NCBI GenBank assembly: GCA_964436275.1
Contig: CAYTBZ010000005.1
Location: 1-52,071 of the forward strand
Direction: 5' to 3'
Source of the DNA: an uncultured Gammaproteobacteria bacterium
GTDB lineage: Bacteria > Patescibacteriota > Patescibacteriia > UBA2591 > CAYTBZ01
Length of the DNA: 52,071 nucleotides
Shown here: piece after piece, positions 42,964-51,993 of the stretch
How the letters are laid out: each line of letters opens with the position of its first letter
Position numbering within the stretch: the first letter of the stretch is position 1
Position numbers and translations under genes: made by a program
Notes under the pieces: model-generated
Databases searched by the model: none
Told to the model about the DNA's origin: nothing
What the model saw: only the letters and a program-made list of their open reading frames with translations

Positions 42964-45168
42964 ATGAAAGAAGAAAAATTTGAAATTGAGTGGGGAGGAA
43001 GAAAATTAATAGTTACTATCGGAAAATTTGCTAACCAAGCCAACGGAAGTTGCACTCTTCAATACGGCAATACGCTTGTTTTAGCCACTAGCGTAATGAG
43101 TAAAGAACCAAGGGAAGGAGTTAATTTCCTTCCTCTTTTAGTTGATTATGAAGAAAGATTTTATGCTGCCGGAAAAATAAAAGGGTCACGTTGGATAAAA
43201 AGAGAAGGTCGTCCTTCAGATGAAGCTATTATTACTGCACGTTCTATTGACCGGGCAATAAGACCTTTATTTAACGAGAATATTAGAAATGATATCCAAG
43301 TCATTCTTACTGTCTTTTCTTTTGACCAAAAAAATGATCCTGATTGTCTTTCTCTGATAGCCGCTTCTATTGCTCTTTCTATCTCTGATATACCTTGGGA
43401 TGGACCAATTGCTGCCGCTAGAATAGGAATGATTAATGGAGAATGGGTCCTTAACCCTACTTATGAAGCCAGAGAAAAATCAGATTTTGAACTTATTGTT
43501 GCTGGAACAGGAAATAGAGTAGTTATGTTAGAAGGTGGAGCAAAAGAAGTTCCTGAAGAAATTATTCTTGGAGCAGTTAAATATGGTCAAAAGCACCTAA
43601 ACAAAATAGTTAATTTTATTAAAGAAATTCAGAAAAAAATTAACCCTTCTAAAAATCTCTCAGTTCTAGAAGATAAAAAAACGCCAGAAAAAGAAGAATT
43701 AGAAAAAAAAGTCAAAGATTATTTAGAAAAAACCATTCCAAAAATTCTTTTTGACTCTCCTAAAAAAACAAAAAAAGAAAGAAAAGAGACAATTAACTTA
43801 TTGAAAGAAAAACTTGATAACTATTTAGAAAATGAAGGCGTAGGAAAAGACAAACGCGCCTCTGCTTCGGAATTAGTAGAAAAAATAGTGAAAGAAAAAG
43901 TTTCCCAATTTATTTTAGACAAAGAAATTAGAGTAGATGGAAGAAAATTAGATGAAATAAGACCAATTAGTATAGAAGTTGGCCTTCTTCCTCATAATCA
44001 CGGTTCAGCAATGTTCAAAAGAGGGGATACTCAAATTCTTTCCATTGTTACTTTAGGCGCACCGGGAGAAGAACAATACTTAGAAACAATGGAAAAAACA
44101 GGCAAAAAAAGATATTTTCATCATTATAACTTTCCTCCTTTCAGTGTCGGAGAAGTTGGTCCAATTAAAGCGCCGGGAAGGAGAGAAATTGGTCACGGCG
44201 CTTTAGCTGAAAGGGCTGTTCTCCCTCTAATTCCAGAAAAAGAAAAATTTCCTTATACAATTAGAGTTGTTTCTGAAGTACTTGAATCAAATGGTTCGTC
44301 ATCAATGGGTTCGGTTTGCGCTTCTTCAATGTCTTTGATGGATGCTGGTGTTCCTATAAAAAAACAGGTTGCCGGTATAGCTATGGGTTTAGTTTCTGAA
44401 GAAAAAGACGGAGAAATTACAAGATACAAAATCCTTACTGATATCCAGGACTTAGAGGACTCAAAAGGAGGAATGGACTTTAAAATCGCCGGGACAAAAG
44501 ACGGCATTACTGCTATCCAGATGGATACAAAAACAAAAGGGTTAACTCAAAAAATTGTTGAAGAAACACTCTATTTAGCCAAAAAGGCACGGATGCAAAT
44601 TTTAGAAAAAATGAATCAAGTTATTGCTACACCTCGACCCAAAGTATCGCCTTATGCGCCTAAAATTATCACTTTTAAAATCAATCCAGAAAAAATCAGA
44701 GATGTTATTGGACCAAGCGGAAAAGTAATCAATGAAATCATTGCTCAAACCGGAGTGACTATTGAAATAGAAGAAAGCGGAGATGTCTATATTGCCTCAG
44801 ATAATGAGGAATCTTTAGAAAAGGCAAAAGAATGGATAAAAAATATTACTCGAGAAGTAAAAGTTGGTGAAGTTTTTCAAGGAAAAGTAACCAGAATTTT
44901 AGATTTCGGCGCTTTTGTTGAAATATTACCTCACCAAGAAGGATTAGTTCATATCTCTGAATTAGCACCTTTCCGAGTAAAAAAAGTAGAAGATATTGTT
45001 AAAGTAGGAGATATTATTCCAGTTAAAGTCATCAATATTGATGAACAAGGAAGGATTAACCTCTCCCTAAAAGCCACACAACACCATCAATTTAGACAAA
45101 AAGATAAAACCCGACCTCGTCACCATTCCAAATTTCCAAAGAAAAAACCTTTTTACAGGAAAAAATAA
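42964..45168 (+). CDS. pnp: Polyribonucleotide nucleotidyltransferase (PNPase)
   Basis: RSIDRAIRPLF, RREIGHGALAERA, SNGSSSMGSVC, DFKIAGT, KH and S1 domains; ATG 42964 preferred over GTG 42937, which lies inside the leader hairpin. Confidence 0.97.
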   Translation: MKEEKFEIEWGGRKLIVTIGKFANQANGSCTLQYGNTLVLATSVMSKEPREGVNFLPLLVDYEERFYAAGKIKGSRWIKREGRPSDEAIITARSIDRAIRPLFNENIRNDIQVILTVFSFDQKNDPDCLSLIAASIALSISDIPWDGPIAAARIGMINGEWVLNPTYEAREKSDFELIVAGTGNRVVMLEGGAKEVPEEIILGAVKYGQKHLNKIVNFIKEIQKKINPSKNLSVLEDKKTPEKEELEKKVKDYLEKTIPKILFDSPKKTKKERKETINLLKEKLDNYLENEGVGKDKRASASELVEKIVKEKVSQFILDKEIRVDGRKLDEIRPISIEVGLLPHNHGSAMFKRGDTQILSIVTLGAPGEEQYLETMEKTGKKRYFHHYNFPPFSVGEVGPIKAPGRREIGHGALAERAVLPLIPEKEKFPYTIRVVSEVLESNGSSSMGSVCASSMSLMDAGVPIKKQVAGIAMGLVSEEKDGEITRYKILTDIQDLEDSKGGMDFKIAGTKDGITAIQMDTKTKGLTQKIVEETLYLAKKARMQILEKMNQVIATPRPKVSPYAPKIITFKINPEKIRDVIGPSGKVINEIIAQTGVTIEIEESGDVYIASDNEESLEKAKEWIKNITREVKVGEVFQGKVTRILDFGAFVEILPHQEGLVHISELAPFRVKKVEDIVKVGDIIPVKVINIDEQGRINLSLKATQHHQFRQKDKTRPRHHSKFPKKKPFYRKK

Positions 45169-45182
45169 AGACGAAATTATAT

Positions 45183-46814
45183 ATGAAGATAAAAAAAGAT
45201 AACTATTTTGTCATTCTTCTTTTTTTTATTGTCATTGCTCTTCTATTAAAAGTTTATTTCTTACAAAAAGAAAAAAATAAATTATCTCTCTTTCTGCCCC
45301 AAGAAACTGCTTTTGCTTTTCAGTTGAATGAAAACACAAAAATAAAAGAAAATATCTTCTCACATCTTTTTACCAAAAAAGAAAAAAATTATTCTTGGAA
45401 AAATTGGTTGAATGAAAATCCTCATCGTTTGGAAATTATTGATTATCTCTCAAAAAAATTCTCTTTTACCCTCCTACCATTCGTTATTAAATCACCCAAT
45501 CAATTATTCTCACTAATCAACGACAAGATAATTGTTATTGGCTTAAAAGAAGAAGAGAGAATAAATTTAGCCTTTATCTCTTCTCCTTCTTTTAAAAATA
45601 GAAATTTATTTCTAAAAAGAGTAAAACATTTCCCTCAAGAGAAAGTGCCTATTTCTTTAGATGTTCATCTTTATAAGGTCTTTATCCCTCAAACTTCCTC
45701 CTTTTTTTATTACACTTTTTTAAAAAATAAAATAATTTTCGCTTCTCAGATAAAAACAATAGAAAAAATTGTTCTAATCCAAAACAAAGGATATCAAAAC
45801 AGAATTATTAACCAAGGAGGAGAGATAGAAAGATTTGACGAGAACAAACCGGTCAATCTTAAACAAAATACTTTTTTAAAGGGTTTTATTAAGACAGAAA
45901 AGATAGAATTACCTTTTACTTCCATTAAAAGAAAAAAAACATTAAAAGATATTACTAACGAAAAGAAAATTTATTTCTTTGGAGAATTGCTACCTGAAAA
46001 AAAGGAAATCTCTTTAAATTTTTACACTCCTCAAAATAATCTTCTATTCCAAAACAAAAAAGAAAAAACTTTCATAAAATCCCAAAATGAAATTTTTCAA
46101 CAACTTTCTCTTGGTAATAGTTACGTATTTGCTTTAGAAGAAAATAATCTTAAAAATAAAATAAACTATTTCCAAAAAAAGATAAAAGAAATTCTTCCTG
46201 AAGGTCTTACTCTAGAAAAGACAAAAATAGAAGAAATAGAAAAAAAATATCAAATTAATTTTGACAAAGAAATTCTTCCTTTTCTTAACCAAGGCCTCTA
46301 TTTAATCATTACCCCTAAAGATAAATCTTTCAATTTCAAAAACTCTTCTTTAAAACAATTTTTTCAAAACAATGAATTCGCCTTGGTAATCCAAATAAAC
46401 AAAGAAGAAAACTCTTCTAGTTTAGAAAAAATAGAAAAAATATTAGCCAAAATCCTTGCCTATCAATTCCCATCTCTTCAGAAAAAAATACTCCCTGACC
46501 AAACTGAAATTAAAGAAATTATTGCTGAACCGGAAAAATTTCAAGCAAAGCCCCTTAAATCAAACAAACTTTTAAAATACATTCAAACCCCTACCTTTAC
46601 TCTTTATTTAAGCCAAAAAAAGGACAGATTAATTTTAGCTAATTCACTTGATTATCTTAAAAAAATTAGTAACTGCCCCATAGAAAAAAGTTATATCAAT
46701 AAAGAATATATTGTGTTTTCCTTTCCTCATAGCCAAATTTCTCCATTTAAAAAAATATTCCTTTTTAATTATTGGTTGAAACAAGGATTTTTTACTAAAA
46801 TAATCTTTCAATAA
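45183..46814 (+). CDS. Hypothetical protein with N-terminal membrane anchor
   Basis: 543-aa ORF with a single N-terminal hydrophobic segment; no catalytic motif recognised. Confidence 0.6.
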   Translation: MKIKKDNYFVILLFFIVIALLLKVYFLQKEKNKLSLFLPQETAFAFQLNENTKIKENIFSHLFTKKEKNYSWKNWLNENPHRLEIIDYLSKKFSFTLLPFVIKSPNQLFSLINDKIIVIGLKEEERINLAFISSPSFKNRNLFLKRVKHFPQEKVPISLDVHLYKVFIPQTSSFFYYTFLKNKIIFASQIKTIEKIVLIQNKGYQNRIINQGGEIERFDENKPVNLKQNTFLKGFIKTEKIELPFTSIKRKKTLKDITNEKKIYFFGELLPEKKEISLNFYTPQNNLLFQNKKEKTFIKSQNEIFQQLSLGNSYVFALEENNLKNKINYFQKKIKEILPEGLTLEKTKIEEIEKKYQINFDKEILPFLNQGLYLIITPKDKSFNFKNSSLKQFFQNNEFALVIQINKEENSSSLEKIEKILAKILAYQFPSLQKKILPDQTEIKEIIAEPEKFQAKPLKSNKLLKYIQTPTFTLYLSQKKDRLILANSLDYLKKISNCPIEKSYINKEYIVFSFPHSQISPFKKIFLFNYWLKQGFFTKIIFQ

Positions 46815-46849
46815 TTTATACAATTAATTGTATAATTAATTGTATAAAT
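46814..46849. repeat. AT-rich nested palindrome
   Basis: 16-bp perfect inverted repeat ATTTATACAATTAATT-gtat-AATTAATTGTATAAAT, containing a 20-bp perfect palindrome (46816-46835). Confidence 0.75.
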
Positions 46850-46885
46850 TCAAATAAACAATATCTAAGAGACCCTTATTATTTA

Positions 46886-46913
46886 TTGACAAAACCCCTA
46901 AAATTTTTATAAT
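46886..46913 (+). promoter_or_regulatory. Promoter of dksA-lspA-comM
   Basis: TTGACA (46886-46891)-N16-TATAAT (46908-46913). Confidence 0.7.
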
Positions 46914-46937
46914 AAAATTGTTATTTTTCTTTATTTT

Positions 46938-47318
46938 ATGTTAGATAAAAAATTCATCAAACAAAGGAAAAATCAACTTTTAAAAGAGAAAAAACGAATA
47001 GAAAAAGAATTAAAAGAAGTCGCTAAAAAGAAAAAGGACTCTCAAAAGTATGAAGCGATTTTTGTTGATATTGGCGACAAAAAAGATGAAAGCGCTACTG
47101 AAGTAACTCTTTATAGTGAATATATAACTTTAAAAGAAGAATTAGAAAAAAATTTAGCCGCCATAATCAAGGCCTTAAATAAAATTGAACAAGGGACTTA
47201 CGGTATTTGTGAAATTTGTGGGCAAGAAATTGAAACTAAACGGCTTGAAGCATTTCCTGAAGCAACCCTTTGTATCAAATGTAAAGAAAAAAAAGAAAAA
47301 GGTTTAATCAGACAATAA
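46938..47318 (+). CDS. TraR/DksA C4-type zinc finger protein
   Basis: Coiled coil with GDKKDESA tip, then ALNKIEQGTYGICEICGQEI...RLEAFPEATLCIKC. Confidence 0.9.
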   Translation: MLDKKFIKQRKNQLLKEKKRIEKELKEVAKKKKDSQKYEAIFVDIGDKKDESATEVTLYSEYITLKEELEKNLAAIIKALNKIEQGTYGICEICGQEIETKRLEAFPEATLCIKCKEKKEKGLIRQ

Positions 47319-47322
47319 ATCA

Positions 47323-47742
47323 TTGATGAAAACCAAAGTAAGAATTATTCTTATCAACTTTTTTACTTGTCTAATTTTTTTTATTGACCGGCTAAGTAAA
47401 ATAATTGCTAAGAATAAAGGGATAATTTTTCAAAATAAAAACATTGCTCTAAACATACACTTACCTTCAAATATTCTTTTCCCAGTTATTTTTTTTATTT
47501 TAACCTTCCTTATTTTTCTCTTAGTTAAATCGTATCAAAAAAAGAAAATTTTTTTTATTTTTTCTCTAAATTTAATCATTCTAGGCGCTTTTAGCAATCT
47601 GCTTGACAGATTGTTTTTTGGTTATGTCATTGACTTCATAAAAATTCCTGTTTTCAGCATTTTTAATCTTGCTGATGTTATGATAATCAGCGGAGCAAGT
47701 TTATCTTTAATAAAATTAATTACCAAAGAAAATGCTGGCTAA
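47323..47742 (+). CDS. lspA: Lipoprotein signal peptidase (signal peptidase II)
   Basis: IDRLSK, GAFSNLLDRL, GYVIDFI and FNLADV motifs with both catalytic Asp. Confidence 0.85.
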   Translation: MMKTKVRIILINFFTCLIFFIDRLSKIIAKNKGIIFQNKNIALNIHLPSNILFPVIFFILTFLIFLLVKSYQKKKIFFIFSLNLIILGAFSNLLDRLFFGYVIDFIKIPVFSIFNLADVMIISGASLSLIKLITKENAG

Positions 47743-49273
47743 AATACTTTCCTGCGCTATCTTAGGATTAGAATCTCAATTAGTTGAGGTAGAAGTGGAT
47801 ATTTCTTCGGGATTTCCTTGTTTTAATATCGTTGGCTTGCCTGATAAAGCAGTTGAGGAAGCAAAAGAGAGAATAAAATCAGCTTTTAAAAATTCTGGAC
47901 TCAAATTTCCTAATCGACAAAGAGTTATCATTAATCTTGCTCCTGCTGACCTTAAGAAAGAAGGGCCATCATATGATTTACCAATGGCTATAGGCATTTT
48001 AGTCGCATCAGGAAAAATAAATATAGAAAAGTTAAATTTAAATAAAAGCATTTTTGTCGGTGAACTCGCTTTAAACGGCGATTTACGTTATACAAAGGGA
48101 ATCTTGTCTATTGCTCTTTTTGCCCAGCAAAGACAAATGGACTCTCTTTATCTCCCAAAACCAAATTTGAAAGAGGCAGAATTAATAAAAGAATTAAAAA
48201 TATATCCTTTAGAGTCATTCCAACAATTAGTAAAACATTTAAATGGAGAAGAAAGAATAACCCCTAGTTTAAGTCAAGGAGTAAAAATAGACCAAGATGA
48301 AGAATCTTTTAAAATAGATATGGCTTTTATTAAGGGGCAAAATCAAGCAAAAAGAGCCCTAGAAATTGCCGCCAGCGGTGGACATAATCTTTTAATGACC
48401 GGACCACCAGGCACAGGAAAAACTCTTTTAGCCCGGGCTGTTCCTTCTATTCTACCGCCTATGACTGAAAAGGAAATTTTAGAGGTAACCAAAATTTACA
48501 GCGTAGCCGGTCTTCTTTCAGAAAAAAACCCTTTGGTTTCCCAAAGGCCTTTCCGCTCCCCTCATCATACTAGTTCAGGAATTGCTTTAGTCGGCGGAGG
48601 CCAAATTCCTCGACCCGGAGAAGTCACTTTGGCTCATCGTGGCGTTCTTTTTTTAGATGAACTTCCTCAATTTCCCCGAAACAATTTAGAAAATTTAAGA
48701 CAACCCTTGGAAGACGGAGTTATTACTATTTCCCGTGCCCAGATGAGTTATACTTTCCCGGCTAAATTTATTTTAATTGCTGCTCAAAACCCCTGCCCTT
48801 GCGGCTATTATGGTGACCCAGAAATAAAATGTACTTGCTCTCCTAGCCAAATTTTAAGATACCGTCAAAAAATCTCTGGACCAATTTTAGATAGAATTGA
48901 CCTTCATGTAGATGTTCCTCGATTAAATTTTAAAGAATTATCTCAAGAAAAAATCAACGAATCATCAAAACAAATAAGAGAAAGAGTAAAAAGAGCAAGA
49001 GAGATTCAAAAAGAAAGATTTAAAGATAAAAACATTCTAACAAATGCTGAAATGGGTATAAAAGAAATAAAAGAATTTTGTCCAATTAATTCTCAGGCGC
49101 AACAATTACTTCGTCAAGCAATTGAACAAATGCACCTTTCAGCACGTGCTTATCATCGTCTTTTAAAAGTAAGCAGAACTATTGCTGATTTAGAAGGAGA
49201 AAAAGAAATAAAAACAGAGCATCTTGCTGAAGCCCTGCAATACCGACAAAAATTAGAAGAAGAAAATTTTTAG
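47732..49273 (+). CDS. comM: YifB/ComM Mg-chelatase-like AAA+ ATPase
   Basis: IVGLPDKAVEEAKER, NLAPADLKKEG, GPPGTGKT, PFRSPHH, LAHRGVLFLDE, NPCPCG and LSARAYHRLLKVSRTIADL motifs. Confidence 0.93.
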   Translation: MLAKILSCAILGLESQLVEVEVDISSGFPCFNIVGLPDKAVEEAKERIKSAFKNSGLKFPNRQRVIINLAPADLKKEGPSYDLPMAIGILVASGKINIEKLNLNKSIFVGELALNGDLRYTKGILSIALFAQQRQMDSLYLPKPNLKEAELIKELKIYPLESFQQLVKHLNGEERITPSLSQGVKIDQDEESFKIDMAFIKGQNQAKRALEIAASGGHNLLMTGPPGTGKTLLARAVPSILPPMTEKEILEVTKIYSVAGLLSEKNPLVSQRPFRSPHHTSSGIALVGGGQIPRPGEVTLAHRGVLFLDELPQFPRNNLENLRQPLEDGVITISRAQMSYTFPAKFILIAAQNPCPCGYYGDPEIKCTCSPSQILRYRQKISGPILDRIDLHVDVPRLNFKELSQEKINESSKQIRERVKRAREIQKERFKDKNILTNAEMGIKEIKEFCPINSQAQQLLRQAIEQMHLSARAYHRLLKVSRTIADLEGEKEIKTEHLAEALQYRQKLEEENF

Positions 49274-50577
49274 TAAATATATCCAATAATACGACGATCA
49301 CTTTGTCTCAAAGTACGACGAGTAATTACTCCTAAGCCGCGGTGATTCATTTCAGAAAAAGTAACTGTATTCTTGCCAACTTTTTCCACATAAGCAACAT
49401 GCCCATACCAACTTTCTCTTAAAACAATAATCGCTCCTACTCTTGGTTTACGACCAATTTGATAACCATAGCGTTGAGCATTAACTAACCAATATTTAGC
49501 ATGTCCTCCCCAAGGGACATATCTTTTTTGAGCCACATACCAAGTACATTGCCCCCAAGGAAAACGATGACCACCTTTTTTCTTTGAAGGAGAATAAAAA
49601 ATCTTTCTGATATAACCAAGAACTGAAGAAGAACGAGAAGAATAATGAGGCATTGTTCCACCAGGAATAAAAAGAGTTGTCCCTATTTTTATTTTTGAAG
49701 CGTCGGCTAAATCATTCGCCTGAATAATTTTCTCTGTCTTTACTTGATATTGCTTAGCAATTTTTTCTAAAGTTTCACCTCTTTTTACCTTATGAATTAA
49801 ACCGTCTTCCGGAAGAATAACTAATTTTTGACCTGGCCGAATGATTGAACGAGAACTTAATTTATTCGCCCAAAGAATGGTCTTAGTGCTTAAACCAAAC
49901 TTCTTGGCAATACTACTTACCGTATCTCCGCTTTTTACTCTATAATAAACAATTTCTGTCCTTGGTGGCGGAGAAGTAAAAAGAATGTTTGGTTGAACAA
50001 TTGCTCCCTTTTCCTGAACTATGAAGGAACCACCTCCATTTTCATTAAGAGAATTATCTTTGTCGAAATTACTTAAACCTGTTTTATCAACCTTATTAAA
50101 AAAGGGAATAATGTCCTCTTGAATGACTTCTTCCCGACCAAAAATATTAGTAAAAATTGTTTTTTTGATGAATAAATTCTGTCCCTGATCTTTAGCCCAG
50201 ATATTATTTACAGCAACAAATAAAGTAAAGAAAATAATCAAAAAATGAACTTTTGTCCGACTAAAGATTAAATAAATCAATTTTTTATGAAAACTTTCTA
50301 AATTTTTATTATATTTTTGGAAAAACTCCTTTTGATAATGTTCCAATAGTAATTTTTTAAAAAACAGATAAATTTTATAAAAGAAGAAAATCAGTCCTTC
50401 TAAGAAAACAGAGTAAATAAATTTAAATATCCGGAAAATTAGAAGTATAAAAAAATAAAAAATTCTTTTCAAAAAAATAAGAAAAGCAATAAACTTCAAT
50501 CCAATAAAAATGATTAACTTTTCTTTTAGCTTACGAATAAGCTTATTTCCTTCGGATATTAGAGAGTTTAGAATCAC
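49270..50577 (-). CDS. LysM-LysM-CHAP peptidoglycan hydrolase
   Basis: YRVKSGDTVSSIA and HKVKRGETLEKIA LysM repeats; WGQCTWYV (Cys) and YGHVAYVE (His) CHAP motifs; N-terminal hydrophobic segments; start uncertain. Confidence 0.88.
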   Translation of the reverse strand: MILNSLISEGNKLIRKLKEKLIIFIGLKFIAFLIFLKRIFYFFILLIFRIFKFIYSVFLEGLIFFFYKIYLFFKKLLLEHYQKEFFQKYNKNLESFHKKLIYLIFSRTKVHFLIIFFTLFVAVNNIWAKDQGQNLFIKKTIFTNIFGREEVIQEDIIPFFNKVDKTGLSNFDKDNSLNENGGGSFIVQEKGAIVQPNILFTSPPPRTEIVYYRVKSGDTVSSIAKKFGLSTKTILWANKLSSRSIIRPGQKLVILPEDGLIHKVKRGETLEKIAKQYQVKTEKIIQANDLADASKIKIGTTLFIPGGTMPHYSSRSSSVLGYIRKIFYSPSKKKGGHRFPWGQCTWYVAQKRYVPWGGHAKYWLVNAQRYGYQIGRKPRVGAIIVLRESWYGHVAYVEKVGKNTVTFSEMNHRGLGVITRRTLRQSDRRIIGYIY

Positions 50578-50720
50578 ATTAAGATTCTAAACTGATCTAA
50601 ATCCTTAAACTTTAATCTTAACAAAACTTATTCTAACAAAAAAGTAAAATATGTCAAGAAGACTTGCTTTATTCAAATTAGTGTCGTAAAATAAGTTGGA
50701 GCAAGTTTTAATTTTCAATA

Positions 50721-51650
50721 ATGAAAAAAATTCAAAAATTAATACAAGAGTTTTTAGAATATTTAGAAATAGAAAAAAATAGAAGCAGAGCTACTATTAG
50801 AAATTATCAATTTTATTTAGAAAGATTTGTCAATTGGGCTAAAATAACTGCTCCAGAGAAAATTAACTTAGAATTAGTCAGAAAATATCGCCTTTGGTTA
50901 AATCGTCTTAAGGTAAAAAAAGACCAAACACTTAAAAAAAGCACTCAGAATTATCATCTAATAGCGCTGCGCTCCTTTTTAAAATATCTTAGCAAAAGAG
51001 ATATAGAAAGTTTGGCTCCAGAAAAAATAGAATTAGCTAAAATGCCTGAGCGTTCGGTAGAATTCTTAGAAGGAAAAGACCTAGAAAACTTATTAAACGC
51101 TCCCTTAAAAACTGAAGAGCCAGAAATTATAAAAATGAGAGATAAGGCAATTTTAGAACTTTTCTTTTCAACTGGCTTACGGGTTTCCGAACTTTGCCAA
51201 TTGACTAAAGAGCAAGTAAATTTAAAAAAGGATGAATTTACTGTAAGAGGAAAGGGAGATAAACCAAGAATTGTTTTTCTTTCCAATCAAGCAAAATTCT
51301 GGTTAAAAAAATATTTAGATTTACGAGAAGATATTGAGCCGTTTCTCTTTATCCGCCATGACCGCGCTGCTTTAAGAAATAAATCTTTGCTAAAATCTAA
51401 TCTAACTCCCCGGTCTGTACAAAGAATTATTAAAAAATATGCTAAAATAGCCGGCATACCCAAAAAAATTACCCCTCACACCTTAAGACATAGTTTTGCT
51501 ACTGACCTATTAAATAATGGAGCGGACATTCGCTCTGTTCAAGCCCTTTTAGGTCATTCTTCCATCACCACAACTCAAATTTATACTCACATAACTGATA
51601 AAAAATTAAAAGAAATTTACCAGACCTATCATAATAAAAGAAAAAAATAA
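50721..51650 (+). CDS. Tyrosine recombinase XerC/XerD family
   Basis: RDKAILELFFSTGLRVSEL, VRGKGDKPRIV, HTLRHSFATDLL, LLGHSSITTTQIYTH catalytic residues. Confidence 0.93.
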   Translation: MKKIQKLIQEFLEYLEIEKNRSRATIRNYQFYLERFVNWAKITAPEKINLELVRKYRLWLNRLKVKKDQTLKKSTQNYHLIALRSFLKYLSKRDIESLAPEKIELAKMPERSVEFLEGKDLENLLNAPLKTEEPEIIKMRDKAILELFFSTGLRVSELCQLTKEQVNLKKDEFTVRGKGDKPRIVFLSNQAKFWLKKYLDLREDIEPFLFIRHDRAALRNKSLLKSNLTPRSVQRIIKKYAKIAGIPKKITPHTLRHSFATDLLNNGADIRSVQALLGHSSITTTQIYTHITDKKLKEIYQTYHNKRKK

Positions 51651-51722
51651 GCCCTCGTAGTTCAATGGATAGAACAGGGGACTCCTAAGCCTCTGATGCA
51701 GGTTCGATTCCTGCCGAGGGCA
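51651..51722 (+). tRNA. tRNA-Arg(CCT)
   Basis: GCCCTCG/CGAGGGC acceptor stem, CT-CCT-AA loop, GGTTCGATTCC T-loop; CCA not encoded. Confidence 0.92.
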
Positions 51723-51747
51723 CTAAAAAATTCTCCTTATATTATTA

Positions 51748-51818
51748 GGGCTTATAGTACAATGGCAGTACGCCGCATTCGCATTGCGGAGATGCGGGTT
51801 CGATTCCCGCTAAGTCCA
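51748..51818 (+). tRNA. tRNA-Ala(CGC)
   Basis: GGGCTTA/TAAGTCC acceptor stem with the G3:U70 Ala identity pair; CCGCA-TTCGCAT-TGCGG anticodon arm. Confidence 0.92.
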
Positions 51819-51826
51819 TTTAATTA

Positions 51827-51855
51827 TTGACAAAAATAGAGACAAAGGATATTTT
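51827..51855 (+). promoter_or_regulatory. Promoter of tRNA-Ala(GGC)
   Basis: TTGACA (51827-51832)-N17-TATTTT (51850-51855). Confidence 0.6.
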
Positions 51856-51864
51856 AAAAATCAA

Positions 51865-51941
51865 GGGGATATAGCTCAGTTGGTTAGAGCGTCTGCATGG
51901 CATGCAGAAGGTCGTGGGTTCGAGTCCCACTATCTCCACCA
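51865..51941 (+). tRNA. tRNA-Ala(GGC)
   Basis: GGGGATA/TATCTCC acceptor stem with G3:U70, TCTGC-ATGGCAT-GCAGA anticodon arm, encoded CCA. Confidence 0.96.
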
Positions 51942-51962
51942 TTCTAATTAAACAAATTATTT

Positions 51963-51993
51963 AAAAAACAGCAGATTCTGCCCTGCTGTTTTT
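51963..51993 (+). terminator. Intrinsic terminator after the tRNAs
   Basis: AAAAACAGCAG/CTGCTGTTTTT stem-loop. Confidence 0.75.

Noticed and set aside
46814-46849. dif site for the Xer recombinase
   Set aside because: Contains TGTATA but lacks the 11-6-11 arm layout and the TTATGTTAAAT-like XerD arm.
3092-51286. Other short ORFs nested within or antisense to long genes (e.g. 3092, 4978, 5482, 5745, 8613, 12585, 16621, 16775, 16797, 24259, 26418, 26736, 27822, 29358, 29566, 31638, 32050, 36140, 37208, 38450, 40602, 44253, 47776, 50954)
   Set aside because: Fully overlapped by well-supported genes, with shadow-frame composition and no motifs or start signals.
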